Origin: Podarcis muralis
Lineage: Eukaryota
Length of the DNA: 64,000 nt
Direction: 5' to 3'
Assembly: GCF_964188315.1 (NCBI RefSeq)
Contig: NC_135666.1
Location: 31,620,001 to 31,684,000, forward strand
The translations under genes and the position numbers were made by a program. Shown here piece after piece: positions 12,692 through 26,905 of this stretch; position 1 is the first letter of the stretch, and the number at the start of each line of letters is the position of its first letter. Under the pieces are notes generated by a model. The model saw nothing but the letters and a program-made list of their open reading frames with translations, ran no database searches and was not told the DNA's origin.

Positions 12692-14254
12692 AACTACCAC
12701 TACAACAGGTCACCAAGCATGGAATACTTGATATTCAGAAATAGGTATTTAAGGTGGAATTCAATGTCATGCTAATACAATTGTTTTGTCATGGCAAATA
12801 TTTATTCTTGCAAGGCAGAACAATCTCCCCTCTTCCTGCGCCCCCATGCTCTGTTCTCCTGACACACACACACCCCAAGCTGATTTGGGGGGCATGCAGG
12901 GGGAGGAAAGGAGGGAAAGCCCTGTTGCATTGGTTGGACTCATTGCACTAACTTCAACTAGCTGAATCCAGACCTTAATATCATCTTCATTTCAATATGT
13001 TTTAGGGAAAGGTATAGCACAATCCAACCCATTTCACAGCCATTCTGCCAAGTTTTCTGTCTTCTATGGAATAATAAAAAAGGTATTTATTGCCATAAGG
13101 GTGGGGGGGGGGAGATACCTACTTGAATCTCATTAGAAAGAAAACCTACTTCTTAAAATCCGGAGGCAAATAAGGATTAATTTCTTGAGTTGAATGAAAT
13201 TACTCCTCTCTAATTCGATACACTATTAACAGAAATATTGGACAAAGTTTCAGATGCTCTAACTAAGCATATGCTGTATGCTTCGATATCCTTTCATTCT
13301 TACCCCTTTGGGTCATATTAACTTTAGTAGTATATACTGTTCTGAATAAGTAATAGATCAAACTTCTGTAAAATGTGTCCCACATTCAACTGAGCGAGAA
13401 TGACTACATATCTAGAAGCAATGTAGAAAATCATATCTACTCAAAGTTAACTTGTGGCCGCAAAGATGTCTGCATATTTTGCAGGTGATGCGATGGATAA
13501 CCAAGCAGTTCACTTACAGAAACCCAGATGTGATTAGGATAAAGAATGTATCTGCACTCATTTGAACCCTAGAGCCAGAGAATGATACCAAGTAGGCCTC
13601 TTAAAGTGTCCATCAATGGCCAGCAACAGAGAACAGCACGACCTCATTTCATTAACCTCATCATATTCTCCTCAGCGTCTCTGGGTTAAAGAGATTAGAA
13701 GTAATTCTTCAACTTAGCTGATCTATTAGCTATGAAATGACATTATACAGAAGAAGCTCATGCCAAGATTAAGGGTTGCGTTTTTTAAGACAATAGGTAC
13801 CTAAGTAATCCTTATTAGAGAACCTAAGAAAAAGCAAAGTTAAGCTGAAACTCATCATTAAGTCAAAAGACTTCCGCATTTCCTAGGTCTCTGCAATCGT
13901 ACTTGGTACCTAGCAGATTATTAAAAAGTGGCCTTTAAGTTTCCAACACAGAAATCCAGCATGAGCATCACAGACTTTGTTTCCATAACATAATATGCAA
14001 TTTATATTTTTAAAAATCCTTAACCTTCATCTGTGTTTTGGAAATGTGTTTGTCTGTCAGACTGTTCTCTATGCACTGCCTTGAAAAAGGCCCTCTCCCT
14101 ACTCCTAAGCAAACATGTTTTAAAGGATGTGGGTGAGACACAGGACAGCCTCTGAAGGTGACCCCAATAGGTAAGCAGGCTCGGATGGTTTGTGTATGGA
14201 CTCTGTAAGCCCTTCCCCAGCCCACATGAATATAGGCAGGACTATCTTATCAGC

Positions 14255-14602
14255 AGGGATCATCAGTGGGTAAAACCTCAGCGCCTAGGACTTGCCGATA
14301 GCATGGTCGGCGGTTTGAATCCCCGCGGCGGGGTGCGCTCCCGTCGTTCGGTCCCAGCGCCTGCCAACCTAGCAGTTCGAAAGCACCCCCGGGTGCAAGT
14401 AGATAAATAGGGACCGCTTACTGGCGGGAAGGTAAACGGCATTCCGTGTGCTGCGCTGGCTCGCCAGATGCAGCTTGTCACGCTGGCCACGTGACCCGGA
14501 AGTGTCTCCGGACAGCGCTGGTCCCCGGCCTCTTGAGATGGGCGCACAACCCTAGAGTCTGTCAAGACTGGCCCGTACGGGCAGGGGTACCTTTACCTTT
14601 TT
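14255..14602 (+). mobile_element. Sauria SINE (BovB/RTE-tailed), near full length
   Basis: tRNA-like head gtgggtaaaacctcagcgcc..., core cccagc..gccaacctagcagttcgaaagc, ACCTTT tail; 12-bp TSD tatcttatcagc (14243-14254 / 14603-14614). Confidence 0.9.
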
Positions 14603-15988
14603 TATCTTATCAGCTAGAGAAAAAGGAATATAGAAAGACTGTACTGTATAAGCTTTCGCATGTTCAAGCTGCAGAGCTTCCTTGAACTTGATGGGAGAAG
14701 CTTGAGGGGATTGCACAGCATCCAAGGCTCAGGAACTTCTCTGGGCTACATGTAGTGTCTAGAACTTGTGACAAAAAGCTGAGAAACAGTTACAAGTTTG
14801 CGTGCCATTTGCATAGCTGTTCAACAAACAAAACACTCTCCTTCATCTCAGCCCTAATGATGTGCGAGTTAAAAAAAGTAATCGCCAACCACTTTTTTAA
14901 AAAAATGAGTTATTTATAGCTCTGTTCCTCAACACGTTGCTGCAAATGCAAATCCATGTGTGCCAGAAGTTGGATCACAATGCAGTTAATAAGCAGAAAA
15001 TCTGGGTGAACTCCACAAAAAACCCTCAGTAGCCATTTCCATGGATCCATCAAAAAGGAAAGCCTACAAAATTAGACATGAGCTCAAATTCAGTTCTTTT
15101 TTTAAAAAACAAAAAAACGTTTGGACCAATAATACCCATGAAATTGGAGTGATACAATGCAGGCCAGAATTTAATTACATACATTGTTATTTCATGAGTT
15201 GCAAGTGAGTGGCCACCCTATCAACATTCAAATTATACTTTAAAATGATAAGGAGGCTGGATTTCTTTATAATGAAGTCTTTTTGTTAATGAGCTGCACA
15301 CCAAGTCACTTGCCTTAAGAGTCTTGTGTTCCAAACCTAATTTTTGCTGCTAAAGGCAACAATTTCACCGTGACACCATCAGAAGAAGAAGTGCCACAAG
15401 AAACAAGTCAGTGTAATCAAAAAGAATGGAAAGAGAGAACTGTAAAGAGCCAATTTCCTAACTGCAGAAGGGTCTAGTCCACCAAACTATTCTAATTTGG
15501 TGGGCTCTTTGTACTGTCAAAGCTCTCCCGCCCCAGGAGAGAACAGAAGAAAAAGGCACAGATAGAAAGAATCTCCCTGGAGAGGAAAGAAAGGATTGTG
15601 TTGGCAGTGTTTTCAAATGAACCAAGGAATAAGAGCAAGCTGTCATATAAGGAGGGGGAGACCAATGCAATGGGCCAGAAAACCCCACTGGCTGCAGCAT
15701 GCTTAGTCTCTGGAAAGTAAACCAGAAATGCCGACAACAGGTTCTATTGATTCAGCGACTGTTTGGGAAGCAGGGGCATAAAAGCAGATATTTAAATGTG
15801 GATCCAAGAATCCTAATTGGGAAAATTCTCCTCACCTTTTTCCGCCTGCAAATTTTCATAACTGGAAACTGAAATTTACTTAATTTAAACAAAATAAAGA
15901 AAAGTGAGTCAAGAATGTTCACAGAGGCATCAGAACTGAAAGGTGATGCCTAAGTTCCTTTATGCTTCCTCACTGTTAAAATCATGTA

Positions 15989-16204
15989 CAGTCATACCTT
16001 GTGTTACGTTTGCTTCACGTTGCGGCTTTTCAGGTTACAAATGTGGCAAACCCAGAAGTGTTTACCTCCAGGTTCGCTGCGCACACACGCACAGAAGCAA
16101 TCTGCATGCTTCACGCATGTGCAGTAGCATCACTCTACTTATGGACTTTTCAGGGTGCGAATGGCACCCCGAAACGGATCGTGTTCGTAAGTAGAGGTAC
16201 CACT
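15989..16204. mobile_element. Tc1/mariner-type MITE, diverged
   Basis: TA-cagtcataccttg ... gaggtaccact-TA. Confidence 0.7.
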
Positions 16205-19200
16205 TAGTTATTCTGCATTGTTTGAATTATTTTGCTTTGTTTGTATTTTCTGATGTTTGGCACTGTGACTCTGGACACTGTGCTTAATGGATTCCAACAA
16301 AGCCACTTGAGAATTAGTTAGCACATCAGCAAATGAAAAATATAGCTGAAAGTTGTGAAGAAGTATTAGACCATCATGGGAGAAAATAAGCGTGTGCATA
16401 TATGTGAGAGAAACTAGCGGGTGCAAATGAATGCAAACCTTACCTTAGCACTGTGAACGGTACTAAAATCTTTATCAGAAAAATGGCAGGCTATCCACTT
16501 TATGGAAATACTGGAATACTGAATCTAAATACTATAGGAAGAGCTTGTATGCAGAACAGAAGGCAAGAAAGAAAGTAAATTATGCAGCTTTATTAAACTG
16601 TATATCATGAAAATGGAAGTATCATGGTTTGAATATTTCTTTTTTCATTAGTGTGCATTTTATTACTGACATCCAACCAATTATGTTCAAACTAATTCCC
16701 AGAATACTGTGGGAGACCTTGCTACTTCCAGAAGTTCTTTCAGATTAACGAACTGCATTATTATTTCATTAAAAGCAGCAGTTGCTTTTCATGGCATACA
16801 AAATGGGGGGGGGGAGGTCTTAACAGAGCGCACCCTCCAAAAAAGCTTCCTTAATGAACTCATTTTCTTATCTTCAGACAGCCTTGTCTATCTTGTTCTT
16901 AAAAATTCATAGTACAAGGCCTGTCCAATCGCTATATTCAAAGCACATCAGCAAGTGTAATAAAATGAATCATAATTTAAAGTAGTGTCGGATACACAAG
17001 GTGACCCATTTAACAGAGAAATTCTCATTAATTTCTGGGAGTCTTCCTGAGTTCCACACACTTGTGTAAAATGGTGTGCCGTACTCTTTTTGGGCAAAGT
17101 ACTTTGAATAAATAAACTTATCTATGTAGGTCAAACTACTTCAGAAGGTCTACTGAGATTTGAAAAATCTTAGCTGGTAACTTATTCCTTTTTTAAATGC
17201 TCATATCCCAATCAAAAGATTTCCTACCACCACAATTCACAGTGATGCTCATTATTGCGCGCTCTCTCTCTCTCTCTCTTCATTGTGTATGTGTAAATTG
17301 TGAATGTTACTTTCAGCAAGAGGTTTCTACAGAATAATTTTATCTTAGTATAAGATGCTAATAAATATGAAAATATGCTGAAGCATTTGAGGATGGAGAA
17401 ATTGTACACTACCATTGAGGGCAAGGGCAGGCTATCAATCTGAATAAATATGTTTAATACAGCTGATTGGCTGATTAAATGAGCACTGTAACAACTAGTT
17501 ACCAACAATGTCAACAGCTCTTCCGTGGAATAATAAGTGGAAAGACTGTCACTCACAGCAATGAATATGGATACCGCAATAGAGGCAAGGAGAAGGAAGG
17601 ATTTACTAATTGCTCAGAATTTCGTTTAAAATATTTTGGTCCTAAGGTGGCCTAACTCGCCCTTTTCAACTTCATACTTTGAAAGCTTCTAATACAAACA
17701 CACAAATGTATTTATAAAAGGATAGAGCAGCGGATCAAAATGTGAAGTTCATATGCTTTCCTCCTGGCTCAAAACAACTTAGTAATCAATTATTCTGTCT
17801 GGAGTGGTTGCTAATGAATCTCCATGAATAACCATACGCAGGATCCAGCTGACCATAATTTCTTCTCTTCAACCTTTGGGATATTATGAAAGGCTACAGG
17901 AAAAAAATAAGTGGCAGTCTGTCTACAAGATTATTTTGCAAAGTAGCAAATGTGGCATGATGAAAACTGCCATTGCTTTCCAAAACACAATTATATTTAT
18001 CATATCGCAGACTCATATGAATGTTCTTAAAATGTTTAAAACATGGGTTGATTAAGCAAGGTGAGAAAAAGATGTAATTCAGGAGCTTAATGATGGCATC
18101 TCATGCACTTACATTCCCCCTGACACCATCTAGGAAAGAATTACATTGAGCATGCAATTCTTAGGCCTGGTTCTGAGGCAATGTTAAGCCACACTTTAGA
18201 ATAAACTACGATTTAACATGCACTAGTGCTGTGTTCTTCCTCTACACATTGTGCCACACATTGGATGAAGCAAGACAGAGTGCAAACTCAGGCCCATGGT
18301 TTATTTCTCTCAAAATGAAGCCATGAACAAGAACTACATTTTGTTGCTGGCTTGCCACTCATGGTTTTGTTTGGAGCTTGTGTCTGGACATTACAAAAGG
18401 CTAAAAATTGAAACAACGGCAAAAAAATTTGGAAAGAGCCTTGTAGTCCCCCTGACTATATCCAGCTTTGTCTCTGTTGAATAGAGACACTCAGCTGAGG
18501 CAGGATAATAAACCTGACTTGCTCAGAACCTGTTTCTTATTGGCTCCTCCATACATGACTATACCAAGCACAAGTGTTTTGGCCCTGATCTCAGTTGTAG
18601 GGAGGGCAGCCAAAGACGGCAGACGTCTCCCTTGATTCTCCATGATGAATCATCAAGACGCCAAGCAACTTTCCTGTGGGGACTCTCTGAGGAGGGCTGA
18701 GTTAAGTGCCATGGCCCATGTGCCACAGCATGGTTCAGCAACCTGATAGCAGTACTAGGTCTCCTGCAATAGGTGGCTATGAATTGTCTACAATTCCCTG
18801 AAACAACACTAAGGACTCAGCTGCACAGCTGCAAATAAAATGTCTTAAATGTGTGGTAAAGTGCAATATACAAATGTGACGCTAGATGGTGAAAGTGAGC
18901 TATGCAAAATTCAATGTATTTTTCAAAACTTTTTTTTTTTAAAGAAAACTTTTTCACGTCGGTTTTTTTAAAATATATGTGTGTAAATTCAACCTAAGCT
19001 GGATGCTCCAGGACATTTCGAACAACAGTCATCTCATGCTGGTTAGAGGCATGTCCATCCAGCATCAATCAAAAGTGCTACTGCTCAATGGATTTGCACT
19101 GCTACAGGGTAAGACTGCCAGAGTGGCATTGTTTATGGGGCACCAGTGGGAACTATGCAGAGAAACCCCTCTAAGCCTGGAGCTGTCCTTGTCTTATTCA

Positions 19201-19723
19201 TGAGTTTCTTTCCTGCTGCTCAAACTGAAACAAACAAGAGAATTCATTCATGCAATGCATATGGATAATTAATTCAAATTAAGTTAATGTAATTAAACTC
19301 ATTGTGAACAGCCCTGTTGTTGTTGTTTTCAGTGGAGTAGAAACTTTCCCTGATCCTGATCCACACCTGTACTCTTCTCTTATGTGAGCTCTTCCACCCT
19401 TGGGTCAGTGCCAGAAATGGAACCTGGTCCATATAATTACATTCTATTTTTGAAACCTGCTTGTATTCATTTCAGTTTCTTTTCTTTAAAAACTCTGGAA
19501 CAGTTCCCAAGTCATTTTGCAACACTTTTTTTTTTTTAAGGGAAAGAAAAAATCCTGTTTAAGTTCACAGACTAAAGACAAAGCTTTGCTTTGCACGACA
19601 GAACAAATATTAAAAGAAATTATTGTTGAACTATTAGAGCACCGATCTTTTGTAATGCATCAATAAGTCATGCTACACATAAGTCCATATATGAAAAAGG
19701 GTTGGGGGTTTTTTAATTGAACA

Positions 19724-20000
19724 CGACGGGGTGAGTTCCCATTGCTTGGTCCCAGCTCCTGCCAACCTAGCAGTTCGAAAGCACGTCTAAGTGCACATAG
19801 ATAACTAGGTACTGCTCCAGCGGGAAGGTAAACAGCATTTCCGTGCGTTGCTCTGGTTTCATCAGAAGCGGCTTAGTCATGCTGGCCACATGACCCAGAA
19901 GCTGTACGCCGGCTCCCTCGGCCAATAAAGCGAGATGAGCGCTGCAACCCCAGAGTCGGCCACGACTGGACCTAATGGTCAGGGGTCCCTTTACCTTTAC
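19724..20000 (+). mobile_element. Sauria SINE, 5'-truncated, more divergent subfamily
   Basis: cccagctcctgccaacctagcagttcgaaagcac core and cctttacctttac tail. Confidence 0.85.
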
Positions 20001-21669
20001 TATAGATTAAAGTGAATAAGAAAGAAGGGAAAAGGAAAAATAACAGTAGAGAAAGCTGACTTGCACATGATGCCTTTCAAACCACCTTACCCAAAGAAAC
20101 CAAGTATATCTGTTTACTCTTATTCTTTTCTTGCAATGCATTCACACACACAAAGGTTCATGCTGATGCTTAATTTCTAACATGATACGTTTCAAGACTC
20201 ACACCTGCTTGCCCCCTGTTTCACAGCCCTCTCCACCCAATCCCACATCAGTGAGAGATGGTCCCGTTATGCTATCCACAGCTGTGATGTGCTGAACAGA
20301 AGTAACAAGGGTTTGATGCACAACTCTCTCAAAGTGCATTAGATGGACAAGACAGAAACAGGAGTCACTTACATAAGCAAGCATATCCTGGGGGAGGGGG
20401 TAGAGTCATATAGCAGCAGTAAAGGAGGAAAGTGAGATCCGAGCGATCTGGGAAAAGGTCCGTTAAAGAAATGATGATAAAGAACTCAAAGAAAGACAAG
20501 GGCTGCTTCCAAGCCCATTTTGCGGATGGGATTCAACAGCATACTGGCAAATTTGGGAAGTGCAATTAAAATGGATTTGGCACTCTTGGGACTTTTTTTG
20601 CAGTATGGAAAATGGCAGGGAAATGCTCTGCGAAGTTTGCTTTACACAACGCCAGGCAACACCCCCTGCCTCCAAATGAATCAGAATGAATGAATGTTCG
20701 ACAAACATCATATAACTTTCCTGCAAAGTTTGTGTATGCTTATCAGGATGAATGCTCAATAAACAGGTCATCTGGGAGCAACCATGGAAGTAAGAGCCTT
20801 GACGAAGAAAGAAGAGAAAGTTAAAGGGCTTCTATTTTTAAATACCTACACAGACACAAAGCTTCTTGAGAAGTGGGTTGTTGTTTTTAGTAAACCCTGC
20901 TTTATCTTTATAAAATAAGGTCAGGGAAACCAGCATATAAAATAATGAAACGACTAGAACAATAAAATGCAAACATTGCAACAAGACAGAAGCTAAATCC
21001 ACAAAGTATACAGCGGCATGAGAAAAGCCAAAAAGTAAGAACTCTTTTAAAAACTTGGGCCAACACAGGGTTGTTGCTAATATTAAATGGGGAGACACTG
21101 AATGTTCCCCGAGACCTCTGGAGGAAAATGTAATGAATAAATTGTACCAACAGAAGGTCAGAAAGAAGCATAATATCTCAGTACTGGTTATCCCTGGGTC
21201 AGTTGAAGTCCTGATGTACCATTTCTTGGTGACATGCATTATCTGATCCCAAAACTAGCGTAACCCTGAAGAAACTTTCCCTGAGAGCGAAGCCTCCTTC
21301 TTTACCTTGGGTAGAGGTATCTAGTGTCCTCCAAATGTTTTTAGACTCCAACTTCCATCAACCCCAGCCCAGCATGGCCAATGATGAGGGACTGTAATCT
21401 GACATTTGTAGGGCTACTTATGCTCCAGCCTTGGTGTAAACGGTTACTGTGTGGTGGTGGTAGCGGCTGAGGAGGGTTTTTTAACTATTGAGGATAGTGT
21501 GTCTTGCTTTTTAAATTCCTTAATCCGGGGGGGGGGCTGTTAAATCGATCAGAGTGGTACCTGGACATCAGAGGCGATTAGATAACCCTTCCCAGTCACA
21601 TGGAGTGGGGAGTTATATTACTTGTTACAATCTTTGGCTGGTATACCAACAGTCAGGTGCAGACTTAAG

Positions 21670-21670
<1 letters not shown>

Positions 21671-21716
<46 letters not shown>

Positions 21717-22075
21717 CTGCCTTTTCTCCCTAACAAGAACTCAAGGCAGCTTACAGATAAAATATGAACAGCTAAAAACATGGAGGGGGCAATAATTTAG
21801 CAACATTTAAACACTAATAGGCTTTAAACGATATAGATGCATGAAATATCTATTAAAAACATACAGATGATTACAATAAAAAAAAGCACGGCACCAGACC
21901 TTTCATTCAAAAGCAGCCAGTTCCCAAAGGCCTGTTGGAATAAGAAAGTCTTCACCAGCTGGTGGAAGGACAATAAGGAGGGAGCCAGTCTAGCTTCTCT
22001 AGGGAAGGAGTTCCGAAGTCTGGGAGCAGCCATGGAGAAGGGCATTGTTGTATCCTTTGATTGCCAGTTAATTAG
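21671..22075 (-). mobile_element. L2-like LINE 3' end with (TAA)n tail
   Basis: Translates APRLRNSFPREARLAPSLLSFHQLVKTFLFQQAF, then 3' UTR and (TTA)n at 21671-21714. Confidence 0.8.
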
Positions 22076-23361
22076 GTATAGTTCAGAAATGCATTGTGGA
22101 ATAAGGGATATGGTCTGTTGTCTGGGAGGACACAGATTCTCCTGAGCAATGAACATTGTAGAGCAAAAAAACAACAACCTAAGATGCCTAAGAAGCTCTT
22201 TGGATTCCCAGCTAACTGCTCTACCTTGGTTGGCAGCGTAGTTCCAGGTCTGCTATTGTGGCTCTGCCTTTTGAACTTCATTAACAGCCTTGGGAGCTGC
22301 AAAATGAAAAAGCTTTCAAGAGCTTCACAATAAATTGCTGCAAATATAGGGCACAAACATGTGCTCCTAATAATTATTTACCTCCTCCAATTATCTGCCA
22401 TATGCAAATTCCAGTCATCATATTTCCTCTAAGCTTTGCATTTAATTATCACAGCACTGTTTTCGAAACGCATGTCCTCAAGCAGAAGTGCTGAAGCGAA
22501 CAGGTATATATGTAATAAATAAAAATAATACTTTAATGGGTTTCATATGCAGTAACTGAAAAATAGGCCTGCTGGGACATAGTGAATCAGTTAATGCATG
22601 TTTAATTACTCATACTGTAAATTTTCTCTACTATTATGTATACGGGGCCCATCCTACAGTGTATGGGATTACGTCACACCTGTTTCTTGCTTCACATTCA
22701 TGATTGAAGTTTAGAGGCACTCATTCATCCTAGTACAAAGGTACTGCAAAAAGGATCTCAGGTAAGTCTGACATTTCTGTTACAAGCATTGGGGAGGGAA
22801 GCATAGAAATTGCCTGTGGTACAGAGGAAGATCAAATGTTGATTTGTCAAGTGCATAACGTTGGAAGTTCATTCATTTCGGTTACGGTTCAGCTGCTTTA
22901 ATCAGTTCAGCAAAGTCAGCTCAGTTCTTCCTTTGCACTTCCTAGCTTGAAGCCGGGATTGTGGTGTCATTGCACTGATGGGTGTCAGGCTATATACATT
23001 CGCTGAAAAAATTATTATTTTTTTGGCCAGTGGATGGTGTCAGCAGCCGCTAACTGCTGTATCAATTTGGCATTGTAGCTGGCAAGGCTGCACTCCCTGG
23101 CTCGCCTCTCACCATAGCTCAGGGAACACCAAATGATGCATTCTTTGTTCCTGGACCAAATAGCCTGAGTGCGTAAGCAAATCTCCTTTATTTCTGATGT
23201 GGCAATCTATGCCAGAAGAGGAAAAGCTGGCTTGGTGAGAGAGGAAGCCACGTAAAGTGGCTTTTTGTTGCTTCTCATTGGCTCTGTGTTTACAGCATAA
23301 TGCGGTGAAGTCCAACCAGCCACTTAATACTACTACTGCTACTATTTAACAATAATAAATG

Positions 23362-23585
23362 GGAGTCGGTATCACCCAGTGGTTAGAGTGTTGGACTCTA
23401 GGATACGGGAGGAAAGTGGGTTAAATCCCTACTCAGCTAACAAGCTCACTAGGTAGACTTTGGGCCAGTCACATACTCTCAGGATTGTTGTATGGATAAA
23501 ATGGGGAAGGGGGAGAACTGCGTATGCCAAGTTGAGACCCTTGGGAAAAACAAGTGTGGAATAAATGTAATAATAAATATACATA
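23362..23585 (+). mobile_element. MIR/CORE-type SINE, diverged
   Basis: cagtggttagagtgttggac head, ctttgggccagtcac core, aataaat tail. Confidence 0.65.
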
Positions 23586-23629
23586 AACAAATTTATAGAC
23601 CGCTTCGGAGTATAAGGCAGCCCTGTTCA

Positions 23630-23732
23630 GGGAAGTTTTTAATATGTAACGCTGTACTGTTTTTAACACTGATTGGGAGCCGCCCAGAGTGGCTGGGGAA
23701 ACTCAGCCAGATGGGCGGGGTATAAATAATAA

Positions 23733-23782
<50 letters not shown>
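23630..23782 (+). mobile_element. L2-like 3' UTR end with (TTA)n tail
   Basis: gggagccgcccagagtggctggggaaactcagccagatgggcggggtataaat + (TTA)n. Confidence 0.7.
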
Positions 23783-23783
<1 letters not shown>

Positions 23784-25875
23784 AAGTCATTGAAGTGGTG
23801 TTACAGGATAGAAACAGAATAAAACTCAGAAACACAAAAAACAAGAAGACTTTGGCAATTCCAACCCGTCATTGTACCAAATGTGTTTTAACTATACTGT
23901 ATGTGATTTTGGCTTTAAGTGTGATCCCCAGAATGTAACCCCTGTATAAATTGCTGTCTTACTGGTGCAGCAGAGTACAGCTCCATAGATTCACACTACC
24001 ACACAAGCCACTATGCATAGAGCCACAGAGAAGAAGTCTAGGATTTTCCAACAGAAATGACCTTAAAGTGAGAGAGACACTTTAACATGACACAATGAAT
24101 GCACCTTCAAAAGGGGGTATACGCAACCAAATATGGAATTGAGGATTTATTTCCAGGATCTAAAAATCATCAATCAAGGTCCATCCCACATTGACAGGCA
24201 CAAATTTCAATTAAACTTATTCACATTAACATGTTACGGAAATACAATTCAGTCTTTTGTTACACAACCGGGATAATGTTCAGACTTACTCTAAAAAAAC
24301 CTCTGAAACCTCCTAGCATTGTTAACATGGAAAGGCAACTGTTGAAGAACAACAATAGGACTAGGCATGCAAACTAGCCTGCACATCTGTGTGTTTCTTA
24401 TTATTTATAATATATATATAAATAGCCTCTTCCTTCAAAGAACAGCTCAGATGTAGCCCTATAGAAGGAATCAGGAATAATTCCTCCTCTTATGCTCTAG
24501 CAATGACCTACAAGCCATAATGCTACAGCTACAATAGCATATCAGTAGAAAAGGCGCATGCTGATTATCATTACATATGCCATGCTCATCATCATCAAAT
24601 ATACTCCAAAAAAGCTTGTGACCTTACAATTTAAAGCTTTAATATGGAAAATGCACCCTGAGGGACTTTACATCCTACTGTATTTCATCATGATCTGAAG
24701 GACTCTCAAGAACTGGCATATTCTTGCATGGTGCAGAAATGCACAGATCTGAATATCTTCATAGCCTAAATATGGTCATGGCTGACCTTATTCATGCCCT
24801 GCCAGTGTTGCTTTTATTCAGATGGTGAAAACTTAACCCATGTTCCAAATTTGTTGAGTTACGGAACAGCTTTTGTCACTTTTTTTACTTTTTAATTCTT
24901 GAAACTAACACTTCAAAACTGTGATTGAGAGATGCTGTAGACCAGATATGAGGAAGCTTGCGGTCCTTCCAGATGGTGTCTGACTGCAATTCCCATCATC
25001 CCCTAACCATTGTTCATGATGGCTGATGGAAGTGGGGAGTCAAGCAACAGCTAGAGGCCCATAGCTTCCCCATTCCTGGTATAGACATTACATTCACTAC
25101 AGGGAATAAATTCTGTGCGATAAATTTGCCACCTGTCAACCCCCTCAGCTGCGGCATCTAAGAGAACTTTATGTATGTACCAGGTCCTTCATATGCATAA
25201 TTGCAGTGCACTACAAGACAGCCCCATCTCAAACAGTAGATAATATACCTGCATATGAATGGGAAATTCAGACACAGGAGTGTCAATCTCTGTAGAAAAT
25301 GTAAAGCAAAAGCAGCTTTAAGAGAGGAGAATTTAACTTCCACCATGCCCAAAAGTGATGGAATCAAGAGAACTGTCACATAGGCACTTCTGCCAAGAGC
25401 ACTAGGTGCTAATCGGACTAAGCTATATTAAAAGTAGACCTAATGAAATAAATATATCTAAGTTACTCATTACCAAGTCCATTGATTTCAATAGGTCTAC
25501 TGTCACTCTCCGTGAACAGTGGTAGAATTGACCTGTTTGTGTTCCAGCAACAGCTACCCTTCAATCAAACAAATTTGAGTGGCATAGAATTCTCGTCTCT
25601 CACCAGACCACTTTCTCCATCCATTGAGGGACCAAGAATTTCTACCCAGCCAGCCAATCAGAAGTGAACATTTTCAATCCTCTAATACAGTACAGTATAA
25701 AAAGAACCCAACTTCCAGGTTAAGTGTTTTCTGCAACTAAGCAACTGCCCACCTGCCAGGCACCAAAAGATACTTAGTATGTCAAACTAAACCCTTCAAA
25801 TAGCCTTGCATATACCAGAAACTCTGATACATTATACATAAAACAAGTCCTGTCTCAGTAAACACATTTTAAACA

Positions 25876-26905
25876 CAGCCATAAACTCCATGAATTTCTC
25901 TAAACGCCTTTTAAAGCTGTCCAAGTTAGTGATCATCACTTCATATTGTGAAAGTAAATTCCAAAGTTTAACTACGGACTAAAGAATTGTTCATTTTATC
26001 TGTCCGTATTCGTCCAATATTCAGTTTCATTAAGTGACCCCAAGTTCTAGTAATATCACAAAGGGAGAAGAACTTCTACCTATTTCTCCACAACGTGTAT
26101 AGTTTTATATAGTCTCAATCATGCCTGCCCTTACTGACCTTTGGCTAAACTAAAAAGTACCAAATGTTAGGCGAGTTGCTTACGGCTGCCCTTTCTTGAA
26201 TCATCTCCAAACCTAAAACATCAATTTTTTAGGTGCAGATGCCAGAACTGTGTATAGTATTCCAAGTGCACCATAAATAATGTGAAACAACATTATGATA
26301 TTAGCATTTTATTTTCAATACCTTCCCTAACGATACCCAACACGGAATTTGCCTTTTCACAGCTGCCACACACTGGGGCAATGTTTTCACTGAGCTATCT
26401 ATCATGACCCAAATGTCTCTTTCCAGGTCATTGACCACCAGTTCAGCCCCCATTAGTGCATATGTGAACTTAGGATTTTTCTCCCAAGGTGCGTCTCTTA
26501 CACTGAACTGCCTTAGCCTTTTTTATTGCCCATTTACCCAGTTTGGAGAGATCCTTCAGAACTCCTTGCAATCATGTTTTGGTCTTAAGCACCTAGAAAA
26601 ACTTGATGTCATAAGCAAACGTGGTCACCTAACTGCTCATTCATATTTCCAGGTAGTTAATTAGCAAGTTGAAAAGTACTGGTTCCAATACAGATATTTG
26701 TGTGACCCCACTTCTTACAACCTACCATTGTGAGGACTGTCCAATTATTCCTACTCTCTGCAGTTGCTTCTCTACCCAGTTATTGATCCATAAGAGAACC
26801 TGTCCACTTTTCCCAGGACTGCTAAGCCAAGTACACAATGACTACTGCATCATCCTGATCCACATGCTTACACACAATCTCAAAGAACTCCAAAAGTTTT
26901 GTTAG
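25876..26905 (-). mobile_element. Degraded CR1 LINE ORF2 (RT to near 3' end)
   Basis: Remnants V.SGV.Q.SVL.PVLF and FAYDIKFF (cf. FADDTKLF); many stops and frameshifts. Confidence 0.8.

Noticed and set aside
13524-13660. Exon-like segment ending in GTAAGT on the minus strand
   Set aside because: No good acceptor, wrong phase for THSD7A, peptide unrecognisable
17556-17625. Hydrophobic frame ending at a GTGAGT donor on the minus strand
   Set aside because: Weak acceptor, ends in phase 0, no similarity to THSD7A
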